In this document: positions 10,801 to 21,895 of the stretch, one piece after another
Position numbering within the stretch: position 1 is the stretch's first letter
How the letters are laid out: every line of letters starts with the position of its first letter
Assembly (NCBI GenBank): GCA_036504955.1
Contig: DASXUI010000320.1
Location: 3,071-67,070 of the forward strand
From: Armatimonadota bacterium
GTDB lineage: Bacteria; Armatimonadota; DTGP01; DASXUI01
Reading direction: 5' to 3'
Length of the DNA stretch: 64,000 nt
Notes under the pieces: generated by a model
What the model was told of the DNA's origin: nothing
Seen by the model: only the letters and a program-made list of their open reading frames with translations
Database searches by the model: none
Made by a program: the position numbers and the translations under genes

Positions 10801-13800
10801 TCAACGGGGGCGGCACCCCAGATGACGAAGCGCTTGCCGCTGCCTCAGACGTCCTCTGCAAAGGGCTCAACACTCTCCTCAGCAGCGTGGGACTGGCTGT
10901 GCGAGGCTTCGTCACTGAACCGCCCATCCTGGGCCGGCATTCGCTGGAGTGCGCGTCTGTAGGCTGGCATCTTCGCCGCGACACCAACATCATCCCCGCT
11001 GCCCCTCTCAGCAGACACAGATCGCCAGACTCAGTAACCGCGGCGAGTGAGGCACTACCGAAGGTGCGAGCCCTAGATGTGAGCTGTTTTGGTTCGCTCA
11101 CGTTGGGGTGGCGGCCAGGGTGCCGGCGATCCTGAGTTCGCCTGACAGGAAGTCCGTTGACGCGCTGCTCATCGGGGGTGGGTTCAACCGAAACGACATG
11201 CGCCCCGACGAGCTGGCCTTCGAGCTTCTTTGGCGTACCGTCTGTCTACGCGTCGAACCCCAGAACCTAGCCGTGCAGGGCTGCTTACAGGGGCGCCAGA
11301 GCAATGACGCCACTTAGGCCCGAAGGCCCGAGATGGAATGGGGCCGCAGTGCCGACAACCAGCACCCGTGCGAAGCCAACACTGTGGAGGACGTCCGCGC
11401 AGGAACGCCATGGGTCTAGCGCAATCCCCTTGGGGGCGTGATGGAGAGTACTGGCCATGGTGGGCCGTTGAGAAGACCTAAGTGAACGCCACTGGACCGC
11501 GTGCGCGCTGCTGTTTCGCCGACGCACTCCTCTCGAAGGCCTGGATCGGGCAGGCGTCGCTGATGGCGGCACTGCGCTACCGGGCACCGGCGGCTGCCGT
11601 GGCTGTCGCCCAAACCTCAACCGCTCAGTCATGGGCAAGAGGCAAAGAAAGGGGGGCTTGCATGCACTCCCAATCCCTCAGATGCTCTTCGCGGGAGCCA
11701 CGGAGGTACCCGGACTCGCCAGGGGCGGAGGTGCGGTCCAACCGGGTTGCATCCAGTGAAGCGGGCCGCGGAGTGACCGGCGGAACTGCATGGCCCGATG
11801 GGAGCAGCGCTCGACCAGCCGATAGCTTTGGGCCGTGCCGGCCGCATGCTGCTGTGGCCAGTCCGCATGTGGTATAGAACAATAGATAGGTTAATAAAAG
11901 CACGGTTCGGCAGGGCCTCTGGAGGGGAGCCACGTGGCTTAGCGGAGCGGGAGCAGCGAGGGGTGCGGGCGAACTGCTGGACCCACAGACTTGGGGTTGC
12001 GCACGGCTGATGCTCAGGAGCCAACACCAGGGGTCAGAGGTACGGCCTCAGGAGGCTTTCAGCTCCGGCCGTTCGCCATTGGCCTCCACCAAGCTCCTGA
12101 TCTGCTGACCAGGAGCTTAGGCGCCCATACTCCTGCTGGCCGATCGGCCTGGTCGTCCAGCCCTCGGCGGAGGCCTCCCTACCGACGTCCCCATGGGCCA
12201 AGGGACGCGACAGGGTGACCAGGCCGACGCTGCCATACGGCCAACGGCGGAGTGACTCACGGTAGATGCGGTCGCGACCTCCTGCCCGGGGCTGAGGAGT
12301 ACCAATACTCATGCGGCCAAGCGAGCTGTCAGGCTCACAACCCCGTCCCTTCGGGTTACATACTCCGCCGTGTTCTGGCGCCGCAGGGGGCCGGCCTCAT
12401 CGCCCTACTACTGAAGATACCTAGCGGCGATCTCGTAGACCGCCGTCTGACTCACCTCCTGGCAGGAGCCGCCAAGGTCTCGTGATGGATCTCGGACCGC
12501 CGCCTGCAACGACTTGGGAACGCGCCCACCTATGGTAACCAACTCTGTCTCGCATCGTGACGCATCAGGGGGTTTACTGGGGCAGGCACGTATCGTGCCC
12601 TCTACTGGCGCAGGTGGGCCCGTCGCTGCGCTTAGCTGGATGGTGTAGTCACCGTGATGGGCCCTGACCCTGAGGCCGGTCATTCCGTACTGACTCTGTG
12701 GTGATCTCGTCTATCCACCGGGAGGCAAAGCTGCTCATGCTGTCGATGGCTGGTAGCGGCATCCGGCAAGCCACAGCATGCTGCGGCAACGGCGACTGGA
12801 GCGCCGCTTCGGCACTCTGCCCCAATGGCGCGCTGCCGCCAGCCTCAAGGGTTGATCTCCTGCTGCCGCATGTTGTGCCTCCGTGGAGCGGCAATCGCCC
12901 ATAGAGTTGGTCTGCCAATTTGGGTGGGCGTGCGAGCCCCTTTGTGGGGAGATGCCGGGGATCCGGCCATGGGGCTTTCGGTGTACATTCGCAGCCGGCG
13001 CCGTGAACACCGACTCGCCCACGGAGGCGTTGGCCAGACACAGGAGGATTTCGCGCGCAGGCTGGGCATGGCAAACATACTACCTACTGGTGGGTGATAG
13101 GTCACTAACGACCAACTACGGACGGCCCCGAGAGCCGGCCGCAGCTCAGGGGTACCCTGTCTCGCGTGCTCCCCAAATGAGCAGGCGGCCAGGTCAGGCG
13201 TCGCGTCGGTCGTCCTCCTGCTTGGCCAGCTCCCAAGTGAGGGCATCCGCGAACACCGCGCCCAAGCCGAGTCTAGAAGAGCCTGAGCCCTGAACCGCAC
13301 GCCCCCAATGCGCTGCTGGGGACTCCCCAACAGAGGCTCCATTCACATGGACGACAAGCGTCGAAGTGGTTGGCCACCCGACTCACCATGCTGTGGCCCC
13401 CTCTAGGCACGTTCACTCGGGACCACACCTAGAGCGTGTCCGGCGAAGGATACCTAGTTGGGTAGAAGCCAACGGAGGTGATCCTAACAGATTGCTGCGG
13501 CGTCGCCGGCCCCTTCTGGAGCGCTCGAAAAAGGAGTGATTGGCTGACTGCGGTGAACACGCCCCATACGGCTGGTGCGGACCGACCGTGGGATGGGGGC
13601 TGCTCGTCGAGCAGGGGACCATCAACCTGTCGTTCAGACTCACTGTTTAGTCCGGCAGGGCGCAGGGGGACTCCACCCTGTTTGTAGCCATCCAGGGGCG
13701 TACCGGGTGTGATCCTTGGGAATCAAGATCGGGTCGTGTTGTGCGTGGCGGAGGGTGTGGGGGCTGCACCTGTGGTGGCGCAGCACAGGAGCACGATACG

Positions 13801-15300
13801 GGGGGGGGGAGCCCCGGCCACCATCTGTGGTTCAGCAACCGAATGGTGTTCTCCAGGTAGTGAGGGCGCTCATGATCGGGTCAGAGCCCTTGGGCCGTTG
13901 GCCGTGCACCGGATTGGTGGGGCCATTGGGTGACTGGCTGACATGGCCGCCCTCCGACGCATATGTGCTGGCTACCCCCCATCTGGTTCGCCAATCGCCG
14001 GGCCTGGAGTCCTCGGGCAGCGAACGCTATTCCTTCCAGGTGGGGCCACTAGGCAGGCTGGCGCTCCGCCTGGTAGCCTGCTGGGCGGCTCCTAGATCCA
14101 GCCCCAGGGGCTTAGTGGGCCAGCACCAATATGTGGCTCTGCGTTGGACACATGCCCCCGGGCCACCGTCCCCGCTGCCACTGGCATGGGCGAGTCAGGC
14201 ATGCGCAGAACGCCACGATATCGGTGACTCACCACGAATTGGCCTGGCAGGCATGGGATCACCGCGTTGTAACGCGACTTCCCAACGCGTGAGCGTCGGA
14301 GTCTGGGGCCAGCGTCGGATCGGGACCGAGCACCACAGGAGGCCGGACCTGCACCTGTGGCCGCAAGTGCTTCCGCTCTCCATCGGAGGGGAGTGACTCC
14401 GTAGGGGTGTTGTGGTGGCCGGGTGCCGCCCCAAACTCCAAGCCCGTGGCCGAGCCAGGCCTGAGGGTGGACCTGATAGGATTCCCCAGGTCCCCTGACG
14501 GGGTGCTGAGAGCAAACGCGCATCACCGGGTCTGGCCGACCTGCGCCACCCAATGTGTATTGGCACTGGCCTCCTCCGTGCGGGTTCGGCGTGGGTGGCC
14601 CGGCTGGCTCTGCTGTCGGTAGTCTGGGTGCCGCCCTGAGCAGCAATGTCACACAGAAGCTTCAGAGGGCTGCTGCGATGCCCTGCCTACGGGTTCTGGG
14701 GCTCAGAATGCACCCAGATGGCCCCAGCCCTGGGAGGCAACCCAGGATGCTGTCGAAGCTCAACAGGAAGCAACCAAGCAGTGGCGCTTCACGGCGACGG
14801 CCGGACTGTGAGACTACCCCGGCTCGGCTCGGTCCCCTGGGGCATTGCCAGTTGGGTACTGGCGATGACTGAGGAGCCGCCATAGGACCAGTCGGTGGCT
14901 GGCATCCTTGTCTCCCCCTCCGCGGCTCACGTCTGGTCTGAGAGGTGCAGAGAGTCCATTCCCCCTCCCTCGCCCTTGGCCGTGCTCCCTGCGACGGCCC
15001 GAACGCTTACATGTAGCTAGCATGCGAAGGCCGGAAGCGTCACCTTGAGGCCCTCAAGAGGGTGCTGGAGGAAGCTGGCGCGAGTGGGGAACTGCGGCTG
15101 TCGGACGGCGAGTGCACCTGCTCAGAGTGGCTTCTCAGGAGGCGAGCCCGCAGCGAGGGCCAGAGGGCCGTTGCATACGGAGTGTCAGAACAGGGCCGGA
15201 GGCGCCTAGGCCGGCGACCTCAAGGGAACGAGCCTGGACTCCAGGAAGCAGATACAGGCCGCGATTAGTGGCGCGAGGCGGGGAGCCACCCGGTGGGGCT

Positions 15301-15801
15301 TCAGCATGCCACCCTGGTCGTCGCTTCCATGCAGAACGCGAGCCACGAAGGTCCAGCCATTGAGGCGCGGCGGGGACCCAGCCAGGGTGATCGTGTGGAA
15401 AGGAGCCAGGTGGGCCGGGATGTCTGCATGATCTCCTGCTCGGTACGCGGCAGGGGCTTCATCGTGACGGGGCCTTGGGTGATGGTGATTGGGGCGAGGC
15501 TGTTATCAGGGTAGCGCACCTGCAGCTTGGCGATGATGCGGTTCAGCTTGTCTACTGCTGCCTGAAGGCGATTCAGCTTGTACTCGGGGATCTCGTAGGT
15601 GCCAACGAAGCTCTCCCCATCCGCCACAGCACTCCCAGCAGTGCCTGAGGCAGACTGAGGTGCTGCAGCTCCGTCAACGGGGAGTGCTTGCCCCAGACGA
15701 TGAAGCATGCGGTCGGCGCGGTCGGACTCTGCGTATCGCCCGTCGCGTTCCAGGCGCGTGCTGATGTCTACGAGGGTATGAGCAAGAACGGCAGTGGGCA
15801 T
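15301..15801 (-). CDS. Hypothetical protein
   Basis: Protein-like N-terminal ~125 aa with an RBS-like aaggaa 10 nt upstream of the ATG. The C-terminal tail is of doubtful quality. Lies downstream of the secreted repeat protein on the same strand. Confidence 0.5.
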   Translation of the reverse strand: MPTAVLAHTLVDISTRLERDGRYAESDRADRMLHRLGQALPVDGAAAPQSASGTAGSAVADGESFVGTYEIPEYKLNRLQAAVDKLNRIIAKLQVRYPDNSLAPITITQGPVTMKPLPRTEQEIMQTSRPTWLLSTRSPWLGPRRASMAGPSWLAFCMEATTRVAC

Positions 15802-15952
15802 GGCTGGTGGGTTCCTTTCGGAGGTTCTTTCCGATTAGGCCGAAGGCCACCCTACCTATGCCGGCACAGCGCTCATGGTAAAAAGGAAGGGCCGCCAGTG
15901 AGCATCTTCCTCACTGGCGGCCCAATCGAGACGGATTCGGTGTAAACGGGGT

Positions 15953-18109
15953 CTATCGGGCCGGAACCAGGCTCCACTCTGGGCCAGTGGACGGGAGTTG
16001 CTGCAGCCCCTGAATGGCCTCGCCAGACATCAGCCACACGCCGTTTGCTCCCGTGGCGTCCTCGTGCCAAAGGATGTCGCACTTGCCATCGCCGTTGTAG
16101 TCCGCGGCACGGAGCACTCGCCAGTTCAACCCGGCTGGGGTGGTGAGTGCGTAACGCTTGGGGGAGTCCCCGTTCATGAACCAGATAGCGTTCCCACCCG
16201 ACACGCTGTTGCGCCAGAGGATGTCGCTCTTCCCGTCACCATCGAAGTCGCCCACGCCCACGGGGGTGCCCCAGGCTTGGGCGGTGGAAGGAAGTGCCGT
16301 GCCGACTGCCACCTGGGCCCCCTTCATTAGCCAAACCGCATTGGGCCCGGCGGAATGGTGCCACAGTATATCCCCTGTCCCGTCTCCGTTGAAGTCTCCA
16401 ACGCCGGCCACCTGCCACCCTAGGTCGACTGATGGCAAGGGGGCGAACTCAACGGGAACACCGGCATGCATGAACCAGACCGAGTTGCCTCCAGTCCTGC
16501 TGCTTCTCCAAAGTATGTCATCGGTTCCGTCACCATCGAAGTCTCGAATGCCTGCCACGGACCACTGGGGGTCTGCCTGGATTATTGACACGTAGGCGTC
16601 CACATTGGCCGATGCGAAGGTCCAGATCCCATTCTGGCCGGTGCTAGGATCGCGCCATAGCAGGTCAGTCATTCCCTCGCCGCTGAAGTCGCCGGTGCCA
16701 ACCAGCTTCCATGACGGGGCCGCGAGGGGTAGCGCGGCTTGGGCCACCGCGGGATGGGTCAGCCAAAGAGCAAGGGAGCCTGAGGATGGGTTCCTCCATA
16801 GGAAGTCCTCAGCTCCATCGCCGTTCATATCCAATTCTGACCAAGGACTCTTAGTAGCTGTTGGGTCTCCGTTAGCCGCGAGCCTGATGTTCAGATGGTT
16901 GGTCTCACCGTCGCTTGTGTATGCGGTCGAGTCCCCCACCCCATAGCCCTGAGCTGAGGCGCTTACGCGTAGTACGGATTCCGGCAGGCCAACGAACCTG
17001 AACCAGCCTTGATGGTCTGCCAGCCCGTGCCACTGCTGATTGGAGCCCGCGTCCGTTATGTCAATCGTCGCATCAGCAACTGCTAGTTTGCTGCTGGCGT
17101 CCATGACCTGTCCTGTCACGGTACAGGACAAGCCGTCGCCCGGTGTTAGCGCGTCCCTTCCACGAGCCGGCACCAACTCAACACTTGGTCGCAACTCTGT
17201 GGACCCTTGGGACGTGTAGGCTGAGTGGCTGGCTTGGTTATAGCCCTGGGCGGTCAGACGAGTCGAGTACAACGTGCCTGGCAACCCGGCGATCCTGAAC
17301 CATCCATCGCTGTCAGTGGTCGCATGGCCTGCCACCGCACCGGAGCGCGAGTCGACAATGACGGCCATTGCATTCGCGATGGGCGCGTCAGTCCGTTGGC
17401 TCACCAGCCTCCAGCTAATGGTAGACAGGTCATAGCCGCTGGGTGCTGATGGATCGGTGCCATGAGCGCGGTCCATCGCCTGGTCTGACTCCTTTGAAGT
17501 CATGCCCTCGGATGTGTAGATACTCGTAGAGGATTGGTTGTAGTACACTGCTGTGAAACAAGCGTGGTAGGTTACTACGGGTAGGTTGGTGAACCGGTAC
17601 CATCCGTCCGAATCCGTGAGCCCCTCGCTCACCGCGTTGTTGGTGGCGTTGTTCACAAGAACTACCTTTGCGGCTGCGATGGGTCGCTGAGTCTCGCCAT
17701 CAACGACTCGGCCCGTCGTGGTTGCTCTGTCATACCGGCTGGGGCTGAGTGACTCGGGCCCATGCGCCGGATCCATCTCGATCTGATGCATGTCCACTGT
17801 GCCGCCGCTGCGAAGGTAGGCTGTTTCGCTTGTCTGGTTGAATCCCTGAGCCGTACAGCAGACACGACAGGTCCCTGTGTAGACGACCGTGATTTGGAAT
17901 CGACCAAGCGCGTCGGTGATGCCCTGGGCGATGGAGCCAGAGTCGACGTCATATCCCACGACGTTGCACCCTGCGATGGGCTTCTTGCTGTCAGCCGTGA
18001 CCACATGCCCGGTGATGGTGGAGGTGCTCTGCGCGTTGGCCCATCCACTTGCAGCCAGGACCAGGAGTGCTATGCCAACCACATGCTGGACTGCGTACCT
18101 CTGACTCAT
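15953..18109 (-). CDS. Secreted multi-repeat protein: N-terminal signal peptide, several CarboxypepD_reg-like beta-sandwich repeats, C-terminal FG-GAP/VCBS-like repeats
   Basis: Signal peptide MSQRYAVQHVVGIALLVLAASGWANA. Repeated GxVxDxxTxxPIAxAxVxxVd...SDGWYRF motifs. Repeated DFDGDGTDDILWR, DFNGDGTGDILWH, DFDGDGKSDILWR, DYNGDGKCDILWH (FG-GAP type). Single long ORF (718 aa). Confidence 0.85.
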   Translation of the reverse strand: MSQRYAVQHVVGIALLVLAASGWANAQSTSTITGHVVTADSKKPIAGCNVVGYDVDSGSIAQGITDALGRFQITVVYTGTCRVCCTAQGFNQTSETAYLRSGGTVDMHQIEMDPAHGPESLSPSRYDRATTTGRVVDGETQRPIAAAKVVLVNNATNNAVSEGLTDSDGWYRFTNLPVVTYHACFTAVYYNQSSTSIYTSEGMTSKESDQAMDRAHGTDPSAPSGYDLSTISWRLVSQRTDAPIANAMAVIVDSRSGAVAGHATTDSDGWFRIAGLPGTLYSTRLTAQGYNQASHSAYTSQGSTELRPSVELVPARGRDALTPGDGLSCTVTGQVMDASSKLAVADATIDITDAGSNQQWHGLADHQGWFRFVGLPESVLRVSASAQGYGVGDSTAYTSDGETNHLNIRLAANGDPTATKSPWSELDMNGDGAEDFLWRNPSSGSLALWLTHPAVAQAALPLAAPSWKLVGTGDFSGEGMTDLLWRDPSTGQNGIWTFASANVDAYVSIIQADPQWSVAGIRDFDGDGTDDILWRSSRTGGNSVWFMHAGVPVEFAPLPSVDLGWQVAGVGDFNGDGTGDILWHHSAGPNAVWLMKGAQVAVGTALPSTAQAWGTPVGVGDFDGDGKSDILWRNSVSGGNAIWFMNGDSPKRYALTTPAGLNWRVLRAADYNGDGKCDILWHEDATGANGVWLMSGEAIQGLQQLPSTGPEWSLVPAR

Positions 18110-18247
18110 GCCTGCCTCCCTCTATGGCCGACTGATGACCTGGTAACAGCTTCGGCATAGAACAGGCGAGTCCTAGTACGTACCTGGTGGATAGGGGGAG
18201 GTCTGCCCGTGAACCTACACCCACGGGCAGGTAGGGGAAGGGGGATG

Positions 18248-20264
18248 CTAGCCGCGGCCTCCAGCCTGAGCCAGCTTCTTGAGTATCTGGATGACCACCT
18301 GGGACACGTCCTGAGGCCGCTGGCGAATCGCTTCCTCCGTGAAACGAAGGACGGTCCAGCCCTGAGAGGCCAGCTCCATGTCGCGTCGCCGGTCATCGGC
18401 GATCTTCTCCGGCGAGTTGTGGAAGGTGCGACTATCGGCCTCCACACCCAGCTTGAGTTGAGGGAACGCGCCGTCAAGCTGGTATTGCTGGCCGGGGCCC
18501 GCAGTGTACTGGGCATAGAAGGCGTAGGGGATGTTGAGTCCCAAGATTGTGCGGTAGAGATCTTGCTCCAGGGTGGAGAAGAGCTGCCGCATGCGGGCCT
18601 GGTCGTCGTTCTTCCCGCCCTTCGCTGCTGTGCGGGTGGCAACGCGTTGATGCGCGTGCTGGTGGTAGTCTTCGGCAATGGCGTCGGCGTTTAGCGGAAG
18701 CGCCAGGTCTCCGCCGTCCACGGGACCACCGGCCCTCAAGGGGAAGATGTCGTCCATCTCCTCGGGAAGCCGCTCCATGTCGTAACCGCGGCCCGCTGGA
18801 GGTACGAGACTCTGGAGGTAGCCTGCGTGCACAACGCTTTTCATGTGGGGTTGCTTGCCGGCGAAGCGACGGTTCAGGTCACTCGCGAAGCGCTGCTTGG
18901 CCCGTTCCTGAATCTCCTGGGCCGCAGTGATGGCCTGGCGGTAGGCGGATTCCGGGTTGTCGACACCAGCCGCCATTTGGGGCATCCCACCGGGAGCGCC
19001 ACCAGGAGGGCCTCCCATTGGAGGCATCCCAGCGGGAGCGCCACCCATGGGGGGAGGGGGAGCCATGCCGCCCATCTCCTCAGGTCCACCAGGCATGGGT
19101 GGAGCGCCGGCACCCATATCGCCGCCCGGTCCCATGGGTGCCCCTCCTCCATAGCCGCCACCAACTCCACCCATGTCCGGTGATGCGACAGCGGTAGCTG
19201 CCTGCTCGTATCGCAGTCGCTCAGCTTCCTGGTCGTAGTCGATGTCTAGGGCCTCCAGAACGGTCCGGGCCGAGATGATCCCCTGCTGGAGCCCCTGCAT
19301 CATCACCTGTAGCTTGCCGGTGTCGTCGCGGAGCTGGAGGTCGTCCCACTTGATCTTGGGGTAGACCACTTCCTCTTGGCCGAGCTTACCCGGCACCGTG
19401 AAGCCGTTCCAGATGGCGACTGGCTTGAGGACCTTCTCTTCAATCCAGTAGGCGACTTACATACGCAAACGCTCCAGGCGCTTCGCCATGGTGACCAACC
19501 CCACCTGGGCATTGGCCTTTCCGGGTCCCTCCGAGTTGAGGATCTACTTGTTGAGCATGAGACCGTCGATGGTCTCCTGCTCAATCTGCTCGAACTCATT
19601 GGTGAAGGTGAGGACCTCGCCGCTGGCCCCCACGTAGTCGAGGTTGAAAGCGAAGTGACCGGTAGTCGAGGGCCCCATGCCGGTACCCGAAGTAGGCGTC
19701 GATGGGGCCGGTGAAGACCACCCTGTTGGCCATCGCTCCAAGCTCATCCCTCTCGCTGGGGAAGTCAACCCCAAGCTGGACGTTCACTCCGGCCAGCAGC
19801 TCCTCGAGCGTCGGGGTGTAGCCGAGTGAGGGTACGCCTTCCCAGCGATCCAAGTCTGGGTAGTAGCGGTCGTTCATCGTCAGGCGGATGGGGATCCGCC
19901 GGGAGATGCTGGCGGGAAGCTCGGAAGGGGACCGGCCCCATTGCTCTCTCGTGTAGCCCTCGATGGAAGTGCGGTAGATGCCCGAGCCCGCCTGAGAGAG
20001 CGACCATCCCTCCAAGTTGCGTGGCAGAGGGTAGGTCTCACGAACTGCCCCAAGACGTTCCTCGGCCTTTTCTGGCGTGGCGACGCCCCAGAGTCGGTTG
20101 AGAGTCAGGAGGTTGATGGGGAAGGGGTTCAGCCGGTCGCCATGTCGGACCTTCACCCTGAGAGAGAAGTGGTTGAGGTCCGTCAACGGGTTGACATAGC
20201 GCCATACCCGCTCGCTGGCCGTGTGGAAGACGTGAGTGGAGCCGAACAGGCCGGCTCCCACCAC
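18248..20264 (-). pseudogene. T7-like head-to-tail connector (portal) homolog, N-terminally truncated, interrupted by one frameshift and two in-frame stops, with a C-terminal DUF559 (Vsr-like endonuclease fold) domain
   Basis: Segments IPIRLTMNDRYY, FTGPIDAYFG, SLRF-AFNLDYVGASGEVLTFTNEFEQIEQETIDGLM and a Gly/Met/Pro-rich tail resemble the T7 gp8 portal as I recall it (IPIRMVRLDGESYG, RLSFAFMLNSAVQRTGERVTAEEIRYVASELEDTLGG, G/M/A-rich C-terminus). Frameshift near 19650. In-frame TAG (~19545) and TAA (~19462). The C-terminal 120 aa (QYQLDGAFPQLKLGVEADSRTFHNSPEKIADDRRRDMELASQGWTVLRFTEEAI) matches the DUF559 signature. Confidence 0.6.
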
Positions 20265-20424
20265 CGGGTAGTCGTACTTCGGGGAGTTCGTGCCGGCCCT
20301 AGACAGCTACCAGGCTGGGATGCCCTGCCTGAGGGAGTCCTTCTCAGCGGGGAGGTCATGCCGAAGACTACAAACAGGCAACCAAGTCCGGCACGTTCGA
20401 AGGTGGCAACTGAGAGGAACTTCC

Positions 20425-21639
20425 ATGCTGATTACGAAGCGCGGTGCTCCCTTGCTACTCGTGGCGATGGTGCTGTGCCAGGCTAGATGCACTGAGGCTG
20501 CGTCAGCCGCCAAGCCCCAGGCGAAGCAGGCCAAACGCCCTCATCCACAAGCCGTGAAGCCGCTACCGCCCCAACTGATGAGCGCCAAGCAGGTCTTCGC
20601 CAAGTTCAGGGGGGCGGTGGCGACGGTCGTGGCCGACATGAAAAGCCGAGCTACCGGTGTCGTCGTGAACGGTGAACTACTTACCAGCTACCGAGCCATC
20701 GAAGGATCCCGCTCCATCGTAGCGACGTTTCCAGGCGGTACAACGGCGCGTCTGGAGGGTATCTCCCGGATCAACAGGGCCCTTGATCTCGTGGGGCTCC
20801 CAGTCTGGAGCGGCGAGGTGCTGGACAAGATCCCCCCAATAGCCCTCCTGAACCAAACGCGAGCCGTGGACCTTCCATCGGTGGGCGATCAGGTCACGGT
20901 GATCAGCAGCCCTCAAGAGGCAGACCAAACGCTTAGTGAGGGTATAGTGGCGGGCGTGCGAACTGTTGATGGCAACACCTGGTTTCAGCTCTCTATCCCG
21001 CTGACTTCAGGAACAAGCGGCAGCCCAGTGTTTGACCGCTTCGGTGATCTGATCGGCATCATCACCTCGGCGGTCAAGGCAGACCCCCCAGTGAGTTTTG
21101 CCGTGTGGATCTGGGATGTGGCGACGGCTCCTCCGTCTGTGCCCATCTCCCTCATCTTGAACACTCCCGCTGACTACGATGACGACCCTGAGATGAAAGC
21201 CTTGACCATGGAACGGAAGCTTGACCGTCTCCATAACGAACCTTCATTGATTGGCCTGCGGAACTTCGGCCTCTACGCGATTGTGTCTGAGGATGCGGAC
21301 AAGCAAGACTTCGCGCGTCGAGTGGCAGATCGCCTGAAGCAACGCGGGATCACCATAGACCCGCTACATACGGGCCCCAGAATGGCGGATATCAATGTGA
21401 CCGTAGTGCGTGAGAACACAGATGACCCAAAGGAGAAGCCAGGGGAGTTCAGCGGTTACATCGCGAGGGTGGTAGTGAGCCAGAGGGTGGCAGTCTGCAC
21501 TCCGGTCAGGACTTACCTCTCGGCTGACACTTACTTCGTGGGCAAGGGTGGGCGTGGCACCCGCCAGCAGGCTTACGATGCTGCACTAGTCCTCGTTGAC
21601 CAGTTCTGCGACGCATATCACAGGGCCAACCCGCAGTAG
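20425..21639 (+). CDS. Secreted trypsin-like (S1/Trypsin_2-fold) protein with a C-terminal extension; the catalytic His motif appears to be absent
   Basis: RBS gagagga before the ATG at 20425. Signal-like N-terminus MLITKRGAPLLLVAMVLCQA. Fold motifs GVVVNGELLTSY, DLVGLPVW, GTSGSPVF (Ser and Asp positions present). No His occurs where TNAHV is expected. The tracked ORF starts at 20290. Confidence 0.7.
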   Translation: MLITKRGAPLLLVAMVLCQARCTEAASAAKPQAKQAKRPHPQAVKPLPPQLMSAKQVFAKFRGAVATVVADMKSRATGVVVNGELLTSYRAIEGSRSIVATFPGGTTARLEGISRINRALDLVGLPVWSGEVLDKIPPIALLNQTRAVDLPSVGDQVTVISSPQEADQTLSEGIVAGVRTVDGNTWFQLSIPLTSGTSGSPVFDRFGDLIGIITSAVKADPPVSFAVWIWDVATAPPSVPISLILNTPADYDDDPEMKALTMERKLDRLHNEPSLIGLRNFGLYAIVSEDADKQDFARRVADRLKQRGITIDPLHTGPRMADINVTVVRENTDDPKEKPGEFSGYIARVVVSQRVAVCTPVRTYLSADTYFVGKGGRGTRQQAYDAALVLVDQFCDAYHRANPQ

Positions 21640-21895
21640 CCCGGACACAGCAATTGCCTGCAGGCTGCCGGTGTTGGGGGCTCCCTACTCCGACGTACAG
21701 GCCGGCTCCCACCACCAGATAGCCGTACTTCGGGGAGGTCATGCCGTCCTTACACAACCACCAGGCCGATGATGCCGCCAGTCGCCAGCCATTACCACCT
21801 AGAGGAGAGTCGAGTGTCAGAAAGAACCGCTGAGTAGACGACTGCGAGCAGATGATGTCTAGTCTTCTCACACCGACCTGGGAGCGTAGACAGAC

